A stretch of DNA of 64,000 nucleotides, taken from positions 6,208,001 to 6,272,000 of the forward strand of contig OY761158.1 of NCBI GenBank assembly GCA_963664405.1, read 5' to 3'. The notes under the pieces were generated by a model. The model was not told the DNA's origin and did not search any database. It was given only the letters and a program-made list of their open reading frames with translations. The translations under genes and the position numbers were made by a program. Below, piece after piece: positions 38,043 through 46,769 of this stretch. The stretch is from Thermoanaerobaculia bacterium. GTDB lineage: Bacteria > Acidobacteriota > Thermoanaerobaculia > Multivoradales > Multivoraceae. Each line of letters opens with the position of its first letter. Positions within the stretch are counted from its first letter, which is position 1.

Positions 38043-39080
38043 TCACTGTTCACTGTTTACTTCCTCCCCTCCGCTCGCGCGGAACGCAGGCAACATCAAG
38101 ACATCGACCACGCGGTTTGCATACCCCCACTCATTGTCGTACCACGACAGCACCTTCACCCAGCCGTCACCCTGGGCCTGGGTCGATAGGGAGTCGAAGA
38201 TCGAGGAGTGTGGGTTGCCGATGATGTCGCTCGAGACCAACGGGGCTTCGCTGTATTCGAGGATGGCTCTCATGTCGCCCTCGGCGGCGGCTCTCACGGC
38301 CGCGTTGACGGTGTCTCGATCGGGTCGCTCCCGAACGCGGCATACCAGGTCGACGACAGAGCCGTCGGGCACGGGGACTCGGATGGCGATGCCGTCGAGC
38401 TTGCCGGCGAGCTGAGGAAGAACTTTGCCCACCGCCTTGGCTGCCCCGGTGGTGGTCGGGATGATGTTCTCGGCGGCAGCTCGGCTGCGACGGAGATTCT
38501 TGTGTGGCACGTCCGCCAGCCGCTGGTCGTTGGTGTAGGCATGGACGGTGGTCACGACGCCTTCCTCGAGGCCGAAGGCGTCGTCGAGAATCTTGGCGAT
38601 GGGGGCCAGGCAGTTGGTGGTACAGGAGGCGTTGGAGACGATCCGATCTTCCGCGCGCAGGATCTTGTCGTTGACGCCCATGACCACCATGGCGTCGATC
38701 TCGTCTCGGGCGGGTACTGTGAGGACAACCTTCCGGGCCCCGGCCGCGAGGTGTTTGGCCACCTCCGCCCGGTGGCGAAAAACGCCGGTCGACTCGATCA
38801 CGAAGTCGACCCCCAACTCCCTCCAGGGGATACGAGCGGGATCCCGCTCCGCGGTCATCGCGACCGCGGCGCCGTCGACGAAAAGGCTGTCGGCGCTGCT
38901 TTTGACCTCCGCCGGCAGCACGCCCATGACCGTGTCGTACTGGAGCAGATAGGCGAGTTGGTCGTTGTCGTAGAGGTCGTTGACCGCGACGACATCGACG
39001 TCGTCGCGCTCGAGGGCGATGCGGAAGACCGAGCGGCCGATTCTGCCGAAGCCGTTGATGCCGATGCGTACCTGGCTCAT
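38043..39080 (-). CDS. gap: Type I glyceraldehyde-3-phosphate dehydrogenase
   Basis: GINGFGRIGR, SNASCTTNCLAP, TTGAAKAV, WYDNEWGY. Confidence 0.93.
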   Translation of the reverse strand: MSQVRIGINGFGRIGRSVFRIALERDDVDVVAVNDLYDNDQLAYLLQYDTVMGVLPAEVKSSADSLFVDGAAVAMTAERDPARIPWRELGVDFVIESTGVFRHRAEVAKHLAAGARKVVLTVPARDEIDAMVVMGVNDKILRAEDRIVSNASCTTNCLAPIAKILDDAFGLEEGVVTTVHAYTNDQRLADVPHKNLRRSRAAAENIIPTTTGAAKAVGKVLPQLAGKLDGIAIRVPVPDGSVVDLVCRVRERPDRDTVNAAVRAAAEGDMRAILEYSEAPLVSSDIIGNPHSSIFDSLSTQAQGDGWVKVLSWYDNEWGYANRVVDVLMLPAFRASGGEEVNSEQ

Positions 39081-40099
39081 GCTTCGCCTCGCTGATCGAG
39101 CTCGCCGAGTCGGCGAACCAGGTCGACGGCACGGTGGGCGTAACCCCACCCGTTGTCGTACCAGGTCAGAGTCTTTGAGATTTTGTCGCCCAGAACCAGA
39201 GTGGCATCGCCGTCGAAGGTGCCCGAGTGGGGGCTGTGGAGTATGTCGCTCGACACCAGAGGAGCGTCCTCGTAGGCGAGATTGCCGGACCACCGACTCG
39301 CCGCCGCGGTGCGCACGACTTCATTGATGGCAGTTTTGGTTACGGTTCTGTCGTGCCAACAGACGAGATCGACCACCGATCCGTTCGCTACCGGCACGTT
39401 CATCGCCATGCCGCGGATCTTTCCTTCCAGGCTCGGGATCAGCTCCATCAGGATCTCGGGTGCATTGGTGTCCTGAGGAATGATGTTCTCGGCGGCGGCG
39501 CGACCCCGTCTCTTATCAGCGCTCGGAACGTCGGCGAGCCGCTGCTGATTGGTATAGGCATGAACCGTGGTGAGGAAAGCACGCTCGATGCCGAAGGCCT
39601 CGTCGAGAATTCGAAGGACCGGCGCGGTCGAATGCGCGGTGCATGAGGAGTTTGAGACGATCCGGTGTGAAGGGTCGAGCTCGTCATCGTTGACTCCGAC
39701 CACAACCGTGATGTCGGGGGCCTCGGCCGGGGGGCTGCAGAGCACGACACGTTTGGCGCCTTGCTCGAGATGAGCCTCGAGCTCGGCGCGGGTGCGGCGT
39801 TGCCCGGTCGCTTCGATGACTGTGTCGACGCCGAGCTCTCCCCATGGCACCACGCCGGGCTTGGCGCCGGTGAGCATCTTCACCTGTCGGCCATAGGCGT
39901 AGAGATTGCCCTCTCGAACCGAGACCTCGTCGGGGAAGCGTCCGAGGAGGGTGTCGAAGCGAAGCAGGTATTCGAGAGCCTCGGGTGCGGCGACGTCGCG
40001 GATAGCGACGATACGCACATCGTCACTCTTGTAGAGAATGCGGAAGAGATTGCGGCCGATACGGCCGAACCCCATGAGACCGATGTGGATGGGCGGCAA
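39077..40099 (-). CDS. Divergent GAPDH paralog
   Basis: GLMGFGRIGR, SNSSCTAHSTAP, WYDNGWGY; 4-nt overlap with gap. Confidence 0.85.
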   Translation of the reverse strand: MPPIHIGLMGFGRIGRNLFRILYKSDDVRIVAIRDVAAPEALEYLLRFDTLLGRFPDEVSVREGNLYAYGRQVKMLTGAKPGVVPWGELGVDTVIEATGQRRTRAELEAHLEQGAKRVVLCSPPAEAPDITVVVGVNDDELDPSHRIVSNSSCTAHSTAPVLRILDEAFGIERAFLTTVHAYTNQQRLADVPSADKRRGRAAAENIIPQDTNAPEILMELIPSLEGKIRGMAMNVPVANGSVVDLVCWHDRTVTKTAINEVVRTAAASRWSGNLAYEDAPLVSSDILHSPHSGTFDGDATLVLGDKISKTLTWYDNGWGYAHRAVDLVRRLGELDQRGEA

Positions 40100-40109
40100 G
40101 TCGGTTACC

Positions 40110-41033
40110 TCAGTTGACGAGAGCTGCCTCGGTGAGTCGAAAACGGACTCGGCCTGCGTACGGCACGCGACCGCTCACCTGGACCGGAACGCGGTTGCCG
40201 GGATCCAGATAGATGTCGACGTCGCCGCGCAACCCCAGAAGCTGGAAGCCCGCTTCGCTGCCCTCCAGCGGGCGCGCTCGCAACGCCAGTCGCAGAACGT
40301 CTCGCCTCCCTTTGATGTGGTTTCTACGGTTTCCCCTACGAAGGGTGTGGTTGACCTTGATCTGAGTCTTTTCGGCGACGACGATCTCGACCAGGCTCAC
40401 GCTTCGTTTGCTGAAACACGGGATCTCGAGACGATCCCCGGGGGCACTCAGCGCGGCGGCGGACACAATGTAGAGGAGACCCGACGGCTCGCAGATCGGT
40501 GTTTCCGGGGCGAGAGCGGAAGGGAAGGGGACCAAGGTCGTGGTGATGTCGGTCCACTGCTCCCACGACAGATCACGCTCACCTTCGGTCGGCCGCTGGG
40601 TGTGCTCGTGCACGCCTTGTCGACCGAAACGGCTGAGCTTGTAACGCTTCTTCTTTGCATCTTCGAGCTGGATCCGCTGTAGCGCGGTGCCGCTCTCATG
40701 GTCGAGAAAGAAGTCGACTCGTGAGCGCTGACCGAGACCGCGGGAGGTGAGAGTCAGATGTGTCGCTCCGGCATTGCCGGGCTGGGTGTAGGGCCCTCCG
40801 TCGGGGGTCGCAAGCCTTTGCTGGGCTTCGTGCTGCCCGATTGTCTCCAAACGCAGCTCCGAGTGCGCCGAGAAGAGCAGCTTCGACACCTCGTAGTTGA
40901 GCTCGTTCCAAGCGACGCGGGATGGGTCGAGGCTCAGCCTGCGAGCTTCTTCCGCGTGGAGGCTGGAGGCGAGGGCGTTGGCGATGGTGATCGTGAAGAA
41001 GAGAGAAGAAAACGCCTTTCGGCCGTTCCCCAT
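40110..41033 (-). CDS. Hypothetical exported protein
   Basis: Signal peptide; tightly packed in the operon. Confidence 0.65.
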   Translation of the reverse strand: MGNGRKAFSSLFFTITIANALASSLHAEEARRLSLDPSRVAWNELNYEVSKLLFSAHSELRLETIGQHEAQQRLATPDGGPYTQPGNAGATHLTLTSRGLGQRSRVDFFLDHESGTALQRIQLEDAKKKRYKLSRFGRQGVHEHTQRPTEGERDLSWEQWTDITTTLVPFPSALAPETPICEPSGLLYIVSAAALSAPGDRLEIPCFSKRSVSLVEIVVAEKTQIKVNHTLRRGNRRNHIKGRRDVLRLALRARPLEGSEAGFQLLGLRGDVDIYLDPGNRVPVQVSGRVPYAGRVRFRLTEAALVN

Positions 41034-41558
41034 CTACTCTCGCCCTGGCGGGTATTGCTTGAAAGCCTTGGACAGCGCCCCCCCCACCCTGACTCCCTTT
41101 TGGGGCTTCTTCGGCAGAACCTCCCGGATGATCGAGCGCCAGACCAGATCACCACTTTCGCCGTCGAGGAGGTCGACCAGCATCGCTCCTACAGGAACAT
41201 CGCTGATGTTGATCATGGTCGGACCCCAGGCTTGCCATCCCTTCCAACGCACCCCCGCGTAGCCGAGACTGTTGACATAGACCGGATTCTCTGGGTCGAT
41301 GCGAGAGTGCGTGACGACGACCAGATCGGTATCCCCCTCGCCGTGGCTGAGCCCCTTCTCGACCAGAATCTTTTCCATGGCTTGATCGATCTGGGCTTGC
41401 GCCTTGGCGAAGGGTATCGGTGTGCCCGCGCGGAAGCTGAAAGTGCTATAGGCCTGAAAGTCGGTCTGGCGGGACCAATCCGAAGCGACATTGGCCGCGA
41501 ATGCCGGGAGTGCCGCGAGGGCTACTAAGAGTGTAGAGATGTAGGCGTGCTTCATCAT
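41034..41558 (-). CDS. DUF4136 domain protein
   Basis: DFQAYSTFSF, VGAMLVDLLD....LVWR, FKQYPP. Confidence 0.75.
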   Translation of the reverse strand: MMKHAYISTLLVALAALPAFAANVASDWSRQTDFQAYSTFSFRAGTPIPFAKAQAQIDQAMEKILVEKGLSHGEGDTDLVVVTHSRIDPENPVYVNSLGYAGVRWKGWQAWGPTMINISDVPVGAMLVDLLDGESGDLVWRSIIREVLPKKPQKGVRVGGALSKAFKQYPPGRE

Positions 41559-41572
41559 TGTGAACAATTCTA

Positions 41573-43909
41573 CTAGTCCGCCACCTCTCTCTCGATCTGG
41601 CGGAGCAGATTCTGCAGATTTGGATCTCGCGGCTCCAGCTCCACGAGCTTGCGCGCCCAGGCCAGTGCCTGCTCACTGCGCCCGTCTTTTCGAGCGTAGG
41701 TCACCAGGGCAATGAGAATGTCGCCATCCGTCGGCGAATGATAATGAGCTTGCTCCAAGGTCTCGAGCGCATCGGAGACCCGCCCCACGCTTTCGAGAGC
41801 TACGCCGTAGACATAGCTGTAGCGCGCGTCAGCAGTGCCGAGTACCACCGCTCGCTCGAGCTCCACAATAGCCTCGTCCAGACGCTGTTGCCGCGCGAGA
41901 AGGAGGCCCAACGAGTGGTGGGTCTCGGCGTTCTCCGGAGCGATCTCGAGCGCTTGGCGCAGCAGCAGCTCGCCCTTATCGTCGGCCCCTTGAAGACGGT
42001 GTAGGTCGGCGAGGTTGACGAAGGCAGGAAGAAACCTCGGGTCGAGCTCGAGCGCTCGCTCGTATGAGCTCCTGGCCTCCGCCAGGTCGCCTCGTTCACC
42101 CGCGACCAGCGCCAGGTTGAGCCAAGCTTCGGGGCGGTCGGCGTTGACCCATTGCGCCGCCTCGTACTCGCTGAGGGCGCCTTCGAGCGCCGAGCTCTGT
42201 GCCCGATCGAGTAGCTCCGCCGGCGCCGAGACGAGTGAGCGGGCAGCCTCGACTCGCACCGCGCGGACCGAGTCCGAAAGTAGAGGAGATATCAAAGTGA
42301 CCCGCTGCGCAGGCTCGATCGAAGCGCCGGCGCCAGCCGCGGCGGCTCGAAGCAGAGGCTCCGGGTCATGGAGGGCGAGCTCGACCGCCGGCAGCAGTTC
42401 ACGGCTTCTGAAATCCGCCAGAAGATCCATGGCCGTAGCCCTTACGATGCCAGAGGATCCGGCGTCTGCGACGAGTCCGGCCAGACTGCGATCCGCTCCA
42501 GCTCTCCCGGCTCTGGCGGCACGGAAGACTTCACCGTAGTGCGGTTCTAGGCTCCGGGCTTCACCCCACCACCGCCGTGCGGCCGCAGCAGCCCACTCGG
42601 CTCCGTTCTCCTGATGACAGCCGGTGCAGGCATCGGGGGCAGCGAGAGTGGCAGCGAGGTCCGGGCGCGGCACGCGCAAGCTGTGGTCGCGGCGAGGATC
42701 CACCTGCATGTAAGTGCGCTCCGGCATGTGGCACTCGACGCAGGCGGCACCGGGAGTACCGGGCTGGTGCTGGTGGTGCTCGGGGGTATCGAAGATCGTG
42801 GGCAGGTGACAGCCGGCACAGACTGAGTTGCCCTCACCGCGGACGCGCAGACTGTGCGGGTCGTGGCAGTCGCTGCAGGTGACTCCAGCGTTATACATCT
42901 TGCTTTGCAGGAACGAGCCCCATACGTAGACTTCATCGCGGATCTGGCCGTCATCGAAGTAGAGGTGCTCCTCGAGGAGGGCCGGGCGAAAGCCATCGAG
43001 GAAGGCCGCTTGGTGTCGGTAGGCGCCGCTGAGCGAGGAACGGCGCGAGTGGCAGCGGGCACAGACGTCGAGCTGAGGGCGCGTCAGACGCTCGCGCGAC
43101 CGGTGTGCGACTCCGGTCGCCGGGTCCATCACCCATTCGGCTTCGTTCTCTTCTCGCAGGCGTACCGTGAGACCCGACATCGGGGCCTCGTAGGCGTCAG
43201 CGGTGCCGGCGGCGCGGGCCCACGTCACATGGTTCGATGCGGGTCCGTGGCAGGCCTCACAGGCAACGTCGATCTCCGACCAGCTGGTGTCATAACTGTT
43301 GCTTGCCGCGTCGTAGTTCTTCTCGAGGTTGGTCGAGTGGCATTCGGCGCACATGAAATTCCAGTTCATGTCGAGGCCGGTCCAGTGGAGTCGATCTTCT
43401 GGTGGAAGGTTCTCTTCCGGGTAGAGATGAAACCACCGCTGCCCGCCGTCCTCGCGCGCTCGCGCATCCCAGGCGATCGACAGCGCTTGCAGGCGGCCGC
43501 GGTCCATCGGGATCAGATACTGCTGAAGTGGAGTGACGCCAAAAGTGTAGGCGACCTCGAAGTCTCTCAGGCTTCCGTCCTCACCCTCGGTGCGGACAAC
43601 GTACGCGCCATCCCGCCGAGTGAAGGTGGAAGTGATTCCTCCTTGTTCGAAGGTCGCGTCATCGAAGTCGCCGAGTACGGTGTCTTCGCCGGCTTCGGCC
43701 ATCGCCAGATCGTGATGTGAGCCCTGCCACAGATCGCTCTGCTGACGGTGGCAGGCAACGCAAGATTGTGATCCGAGGTAGGTCGCGCCGGCTGTCGGGG
43801 CGCGACCCGGCGCGGGCGCTGTCGAGTCGGTGCCGGGCTGCTCGCTGCTACAGGCGCTGAGGCCGAGAACGAAAAGCAGGCTCCTAGCGATTATCACTCC
43901 ACTTGGCAT
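41573..43909 (-). CDS. Multiheme c-type cytochrome lipoprotein with HEAT/TPR C-terminus
   Basis: Lipobox LSAC; 8 CxxCH motifs; TPR repeats. Confidence 0.88.
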   Translation of the reverse strand: MPSGVIIARSLLFVLGLSACSSEQPGTDSTAPAPGRAPTAGATYLGSQSCVACHRQQSDLWQGSHHDLAMAEAGEDTVLGDFDDATFEQGGITSTFTRRDGAYVVRTEGEDGSLRDFEVAYTFGVTPLQQYLIPMDRGRLQALSIAWDARAREDGGQRWFHLYPEENLPPEDRLHWTGLDMNWNFMCAECHSTNLEKNYDAASNSYDTSWSEIDVACEACHGPASNHVTWARAAGTADAYEAPMSGLTVRLREENEAEWVMDPATGVAHRSRERLTRPQLDVCARCHSRRSSLSGAYRHQAAFLDGFRPALLEEHLYFDDGQIRDEVYVWGSFLQSKMYNAGVTCSDCHDPHSLRVRGEGNSVCAGCHLPTIFDTPEHHQHQPGTPGAACVECHMPERTYMQVDPRRDHSLRVPRPDLAATLAAPDACTGCHQENGAEWAAAAARRWWGEARSLEPHYGEVFRAARAGRAGADRSLAGLVADAGSSGIVRATAMDLLADFRSRELLPAVELALHDPEPLLRAAAAGAGASIEPAQRVTLISPLLSDSVRAVRVEAARSLVSAPAELLDRAQSSALEGALSEYEAAQWVNADRPEAWLNLALVAGERGDLAEARSSYERALELDPRFLPAFVNLADLHRLQGADDKGELLLRQALEIAPENAETHHSLGLLLARQQRLDEAIVELERAVVLGTADARYSYVYGVALESVGRVSDALETLEQAHYHSPTDGDILIALVTYARKDGRSEQALAWARKLVELEPRDPNLQNLLRQIEREVAD

Positions 43910-44030
43910 CGGCGATAGTCTAGACTAGGCGCCCGCGCGGCAGACCCTGGCGAGGTGGGATGGGACAAAACCTGGCAACCGTTAGGTAGCCAGGTTTTTC
44001 CGCGCCAGTGCTTACTCAAGAGGATTTTAG

Positions 44031-44915
44031 ATGCGAAAGCTTCTCAAGGAGCCACTCTTCCATTTTCTCGCTCTCGGCGTCGCGCTCTTCGTGGTGTTTG
44101 GGATGTTCGGAAAGCGCGACTTCAGTGATACCTCGGTAGTGCGAATTACTGAAGAAGACATCAATCGGATCGCTGCGACCTGGGAGGTCCAATGGCGGCG
44201 GCCTCCGACTCCGCAGGAGCTGTCCGGTCTGGTCAAACAGCACATTCGTGAGGAGCTTCTGTTCCGTGAGGCGATGGCGCTGGGATTGCAGAAAGACGAC
44301 ATTATCGTTCGCCGCCGGCTGGTCCAGAAGATGGAGTTTCTCTCTGAAGACCTGGCCGTTCAGCAGCCCCCGAGTGAAGAGGAGCTGCAGGCGTTTTTCG
44401 CCGACAATCAGGATCTTTTCCAGCTTCCAGCAAGAGTGAGCTTGACTCATGTCTATTTCAGTCGCGACCGCCGCGGCGAGAAGGCGCAACAAGACGCCAA
44501 AGCGGCCCTTGCGGAGCTCGGGAAGGACGGCGACGCCGATACCGCGAGCCTCGGTGATCGCTTCATGCTGCAACGTCACTACGCGCAGAGGACCGAGCAG
44601 GATCTCTCCCAACTCTTCGGGCGAGACTTTGCCGCCTCGGTCTTTACTCTCGAGCCTCAGCTTTGGCAGGGACCGGTCGAGTCCGGCTACGGCCTCCACC
44701 TCGTCCGCGTCGAGGAGCGAATCGAAGCGCGCTTTCCGGAGCTATCCGAGGTGCGTAAGGATGTAGAGATGGAGCTGGTGGCGAAGCTGAGGAAGGACGC
44801 CAACGAGTCGTTCTACGTCTCCCTTCGGGAGCGTTACGATATCGAGGTTGAGGGCTTTGGCATGGAGCAGGCGGATGCCGGCGACCTCTCCGCCGAGCCC
44901 GAGGCTGCGCGATGA
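44031..44915 (+). CDS. PpiC-type peptidyl-prolyl isomerase-like protein
   Basis: EPLFHFL, REELLFREAMALGL, WQGPVESGYGLHLV. Confidence 0.85.
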   Translation: MRKLLKEPLFHFLALGVALFVVFGMFGKRDFSDTSVVRITEEDINRIAATWEVQWRRPPTPQELSGLVKQHIREELLFREAMALGLQKDDIIVRRRLVQKMEFLSEDLAVQQPPSEEELQAFFADNQDLFQLPARVSLTHVYFSRDRRGEKAQQDAKAALAELGKDGDADTASLGDRFMLQRHYAQRTEQDLSQLFGRDFAASVFTLEPQLWQGPVESGYGLHLVRVEERIEARFPELSEVRKDVEMELVAKLRKDANESFYVSLRERYDIEVEGFGMEQADAGDLSAEPEAAR

Positions 44916-45904
44916 AGCGAGCGATCTTCGTTCTCTGCGGGCTGTTTTTGAGCGGCCAAGCGGCCTTTGGTCACGAGGTCAGGCCCGGCTATCTCGAGAT
45001 CCGAGAGACCGCTGCCGAGAATTTCGCCATTTTGTGGAAGATGCCTACTCGCAACGGCATGCGTTTGCCTCTAGAACCACGCCTGCCCGAGAACTGTACC
45101 GAGATCGGAACGCGCTTCGGCTACGAAGCCCCGGGGGCTGTCATCGAACGGTGGACGGTTGGTTGCGAGGGTGGCATCGTTGGCCACGAGGTCGCGATCG
45201 ACGGGCTAGTGGTGACTCTCACGGACGTCTTGCTTCGTTTCGAGCCTCTCGAGGGTGGGGTTCAGACGGCTCGACTGCGACCGAACAAGGCCAGCTACCT
45301 GGTTCCGGCTGAACCGAGCTTGACCGAGGTAGCCCGTACCTACTTGACGCTGGGGGTCGAGCACATCTTGGGCGGTATCGACCACCTGCTCTTCGTGCTC
45401 GCTCTGCTCATGCTGGTGAGTGGAAAGCGAAGGGTGATCGCGACCGTAACCGCGTTTACGGTGGCACACAGCATCACTTTGGCCCTCGCGACATTGGGCT
45501 TCGTGCACGTTCCTCCAGCGCCGGTCGAGGCGGTGATCGCGTTGTCGATCCTCTTCCTGGCTACCGAGATCGTTCACGGCCGCCGGGGACGCCCGGGCTT
45601 GACGGAGCGCGCTCCGTGGGTCGTAGCCTTCACCTTCGGACTTCTCCACGGCTTTGGCTTTGCCGGCGCTCTCTCTGAGGTCGGTTTGCCGGACTCGGCG
45701 ATCCCCGTGGCCCTGCTTCTCTTCAATGTGGGCGTAGAAGTCGGTCAGCTACTCTTCGTCTTCGCCGTTCTGATCTTGGCGCTGGTGTGGAAGAAGCTAC
45801 CGCTCGCGACGCCGCGATGGGCCTGGGCGGTGCCGACCTACGCCATCGGCACCCTGGCGGCCTTCTGGACCGTCGAGCGCATCCTCTCCTTCTGGGCCCC
45901 CTGA
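44912..45904 (+). CDS. HupE/UreJ family membrane protein
   Basis: LGVEHILGGIDHLLFV, TAFTVAHSITL, FGLLHGFGFA, FNVGVEVGQ. Confidence 0.88.
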   Translation: MKRAIFVLCGLFLSGQAAFGHEVRPGYLEIRETAAENFAILWKMPTRNGMRLPLEPRLPENCTEIGTRFGYEAPGAVIERWTVGCEGGIVGHEVAIDGLVVTLTDVLLRFEPLEGGVQTARLRPNKASYLVPAEPSLTEVARTYLTLGVEHILGGIDHLLFVLALLMLVSGKRRVIATVTAFTVAHSITLALATLGFVHVPPAPVEAVIALSILFLATEIVHGRRGRPGLTERAPWVVAFTFGLLHGFGFAGALSEVGLPDSAIPVALLLFNVGVEVGQLLFVFAVLILALVWKKLPLATPRWAWAVPTYAIGTLAAFWTVERILSFWAP

Positions 45905-45938
45905 ACGGGGCGCGGGGCGGGGCGGGGCCGGCCGCGGA

Positions 45939-46385
45939 GGGGCGTCGGCGGCCGGGCTGCTTCGCGGGTGGCAAAAGGCTGGGTAGGGATGCGGACTGGA
46001 GACTGTAGAATTATGCTTCGCAGCCCGGCCCCCGACGCCCCTTGGGAGCGGCCTTCCACGCTGCCCTGACAGCGGGGACTCTCCCAGGCTCAAGGAGAGA
46101 GGAGTCGAGTGGAGGCGCAGCGCTGCTGGCTGCTTCGCGGGTGGCGAAAGGCTGGGCAGGGATGCGCACTGGAGACTGTAGAATTATGCTTCGCAGCCCG
46201 GCCCCCGACGCCCCTTGGGAGCGGCCTTCCACGCTGCCCTGACAGCGGGGACTCTCCTAGGTTCAAGGAGAGGAGTCGAGTGGAGGCGCAGCGCTGCTGG
46301 CTGCTTCGCGGGTGGCGAAAGGCTGGGTAGGGATGCGGAGTGGAGACTGTAGAATTATGCTTCGCACCCCGGCCCCCGACGCCCC
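45939..46385. repeat. ~172-bp tandem repeat (about 2.5 units) of the CTTCGCGG...AATTATGCTTCG element
   Basis: Units start at 45955, 46128 and 46299, with a few differences. Confidence 0.85.
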
Positions 46386-46518
46386 TGTTTGCGGCCTCCC
46401 TCCCTGCCCTGACGAGGAAGGGGAGCCCAGAAGGGAGCTCGCGGGAGCTACCAGGGTTCTTCGTGGGCCGTAGAGGGACTGCTGTCGAGCAGAGGAGTGC
46501 GCCCGTCCTCGGGCGCAC

Positions 46519-46761
46519 TCCACGCGCCGTCCTCGGCGCCATGTAATCAGAAGAAAGGGAGTGGTATTCACCACTCCCATCCACGCGCCGTCCTCGGCGC
46601 CATGTAATCAGAAGAAAGGGAGTGGTATTCACCACTCCCATCCACGCGCCGTCCTCGGCGCCATGTAATCAGAAGAAAGGGAGTGGTATTCACCACTCCC
46701 ATCCACGCGCCGTCCTCGGCGCCATGTAATCAGAAGAAAGGGAGTGGTATTCACCACTCCC
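46519..46761. repeat. 61-bp tandem repeat x4 containing a REP-like hairpin and a terminator stem
   Basis: TCCACGCGCCGTCCTCGGCGCCATGTAATCAGAAGAAAGGGAGTGGTATTCACCACTCCCA; no spacers. Confidence 0.9.
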
Positions 46762-46769
46762 TTTCTTCT
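46732..46769. terminator. 17-bp hairpin at the end of the outer-membrane protein gene
   Basis: AGAAGAAAGGGAGTGGT-ATTC-ACCACTCCCTTTCTTCT, overlapping the stop codon. Confidence 0.65.

Noticed and set aside
45723-46641. Short ORFs across the repeat cluster
   Set aside because: Translations of tandem repeats with no coding evidence
46519-46761. CRISPR array
   Set aside because: The units are identical over the full 61 bp, with no unique spacers and no cas genes in the window
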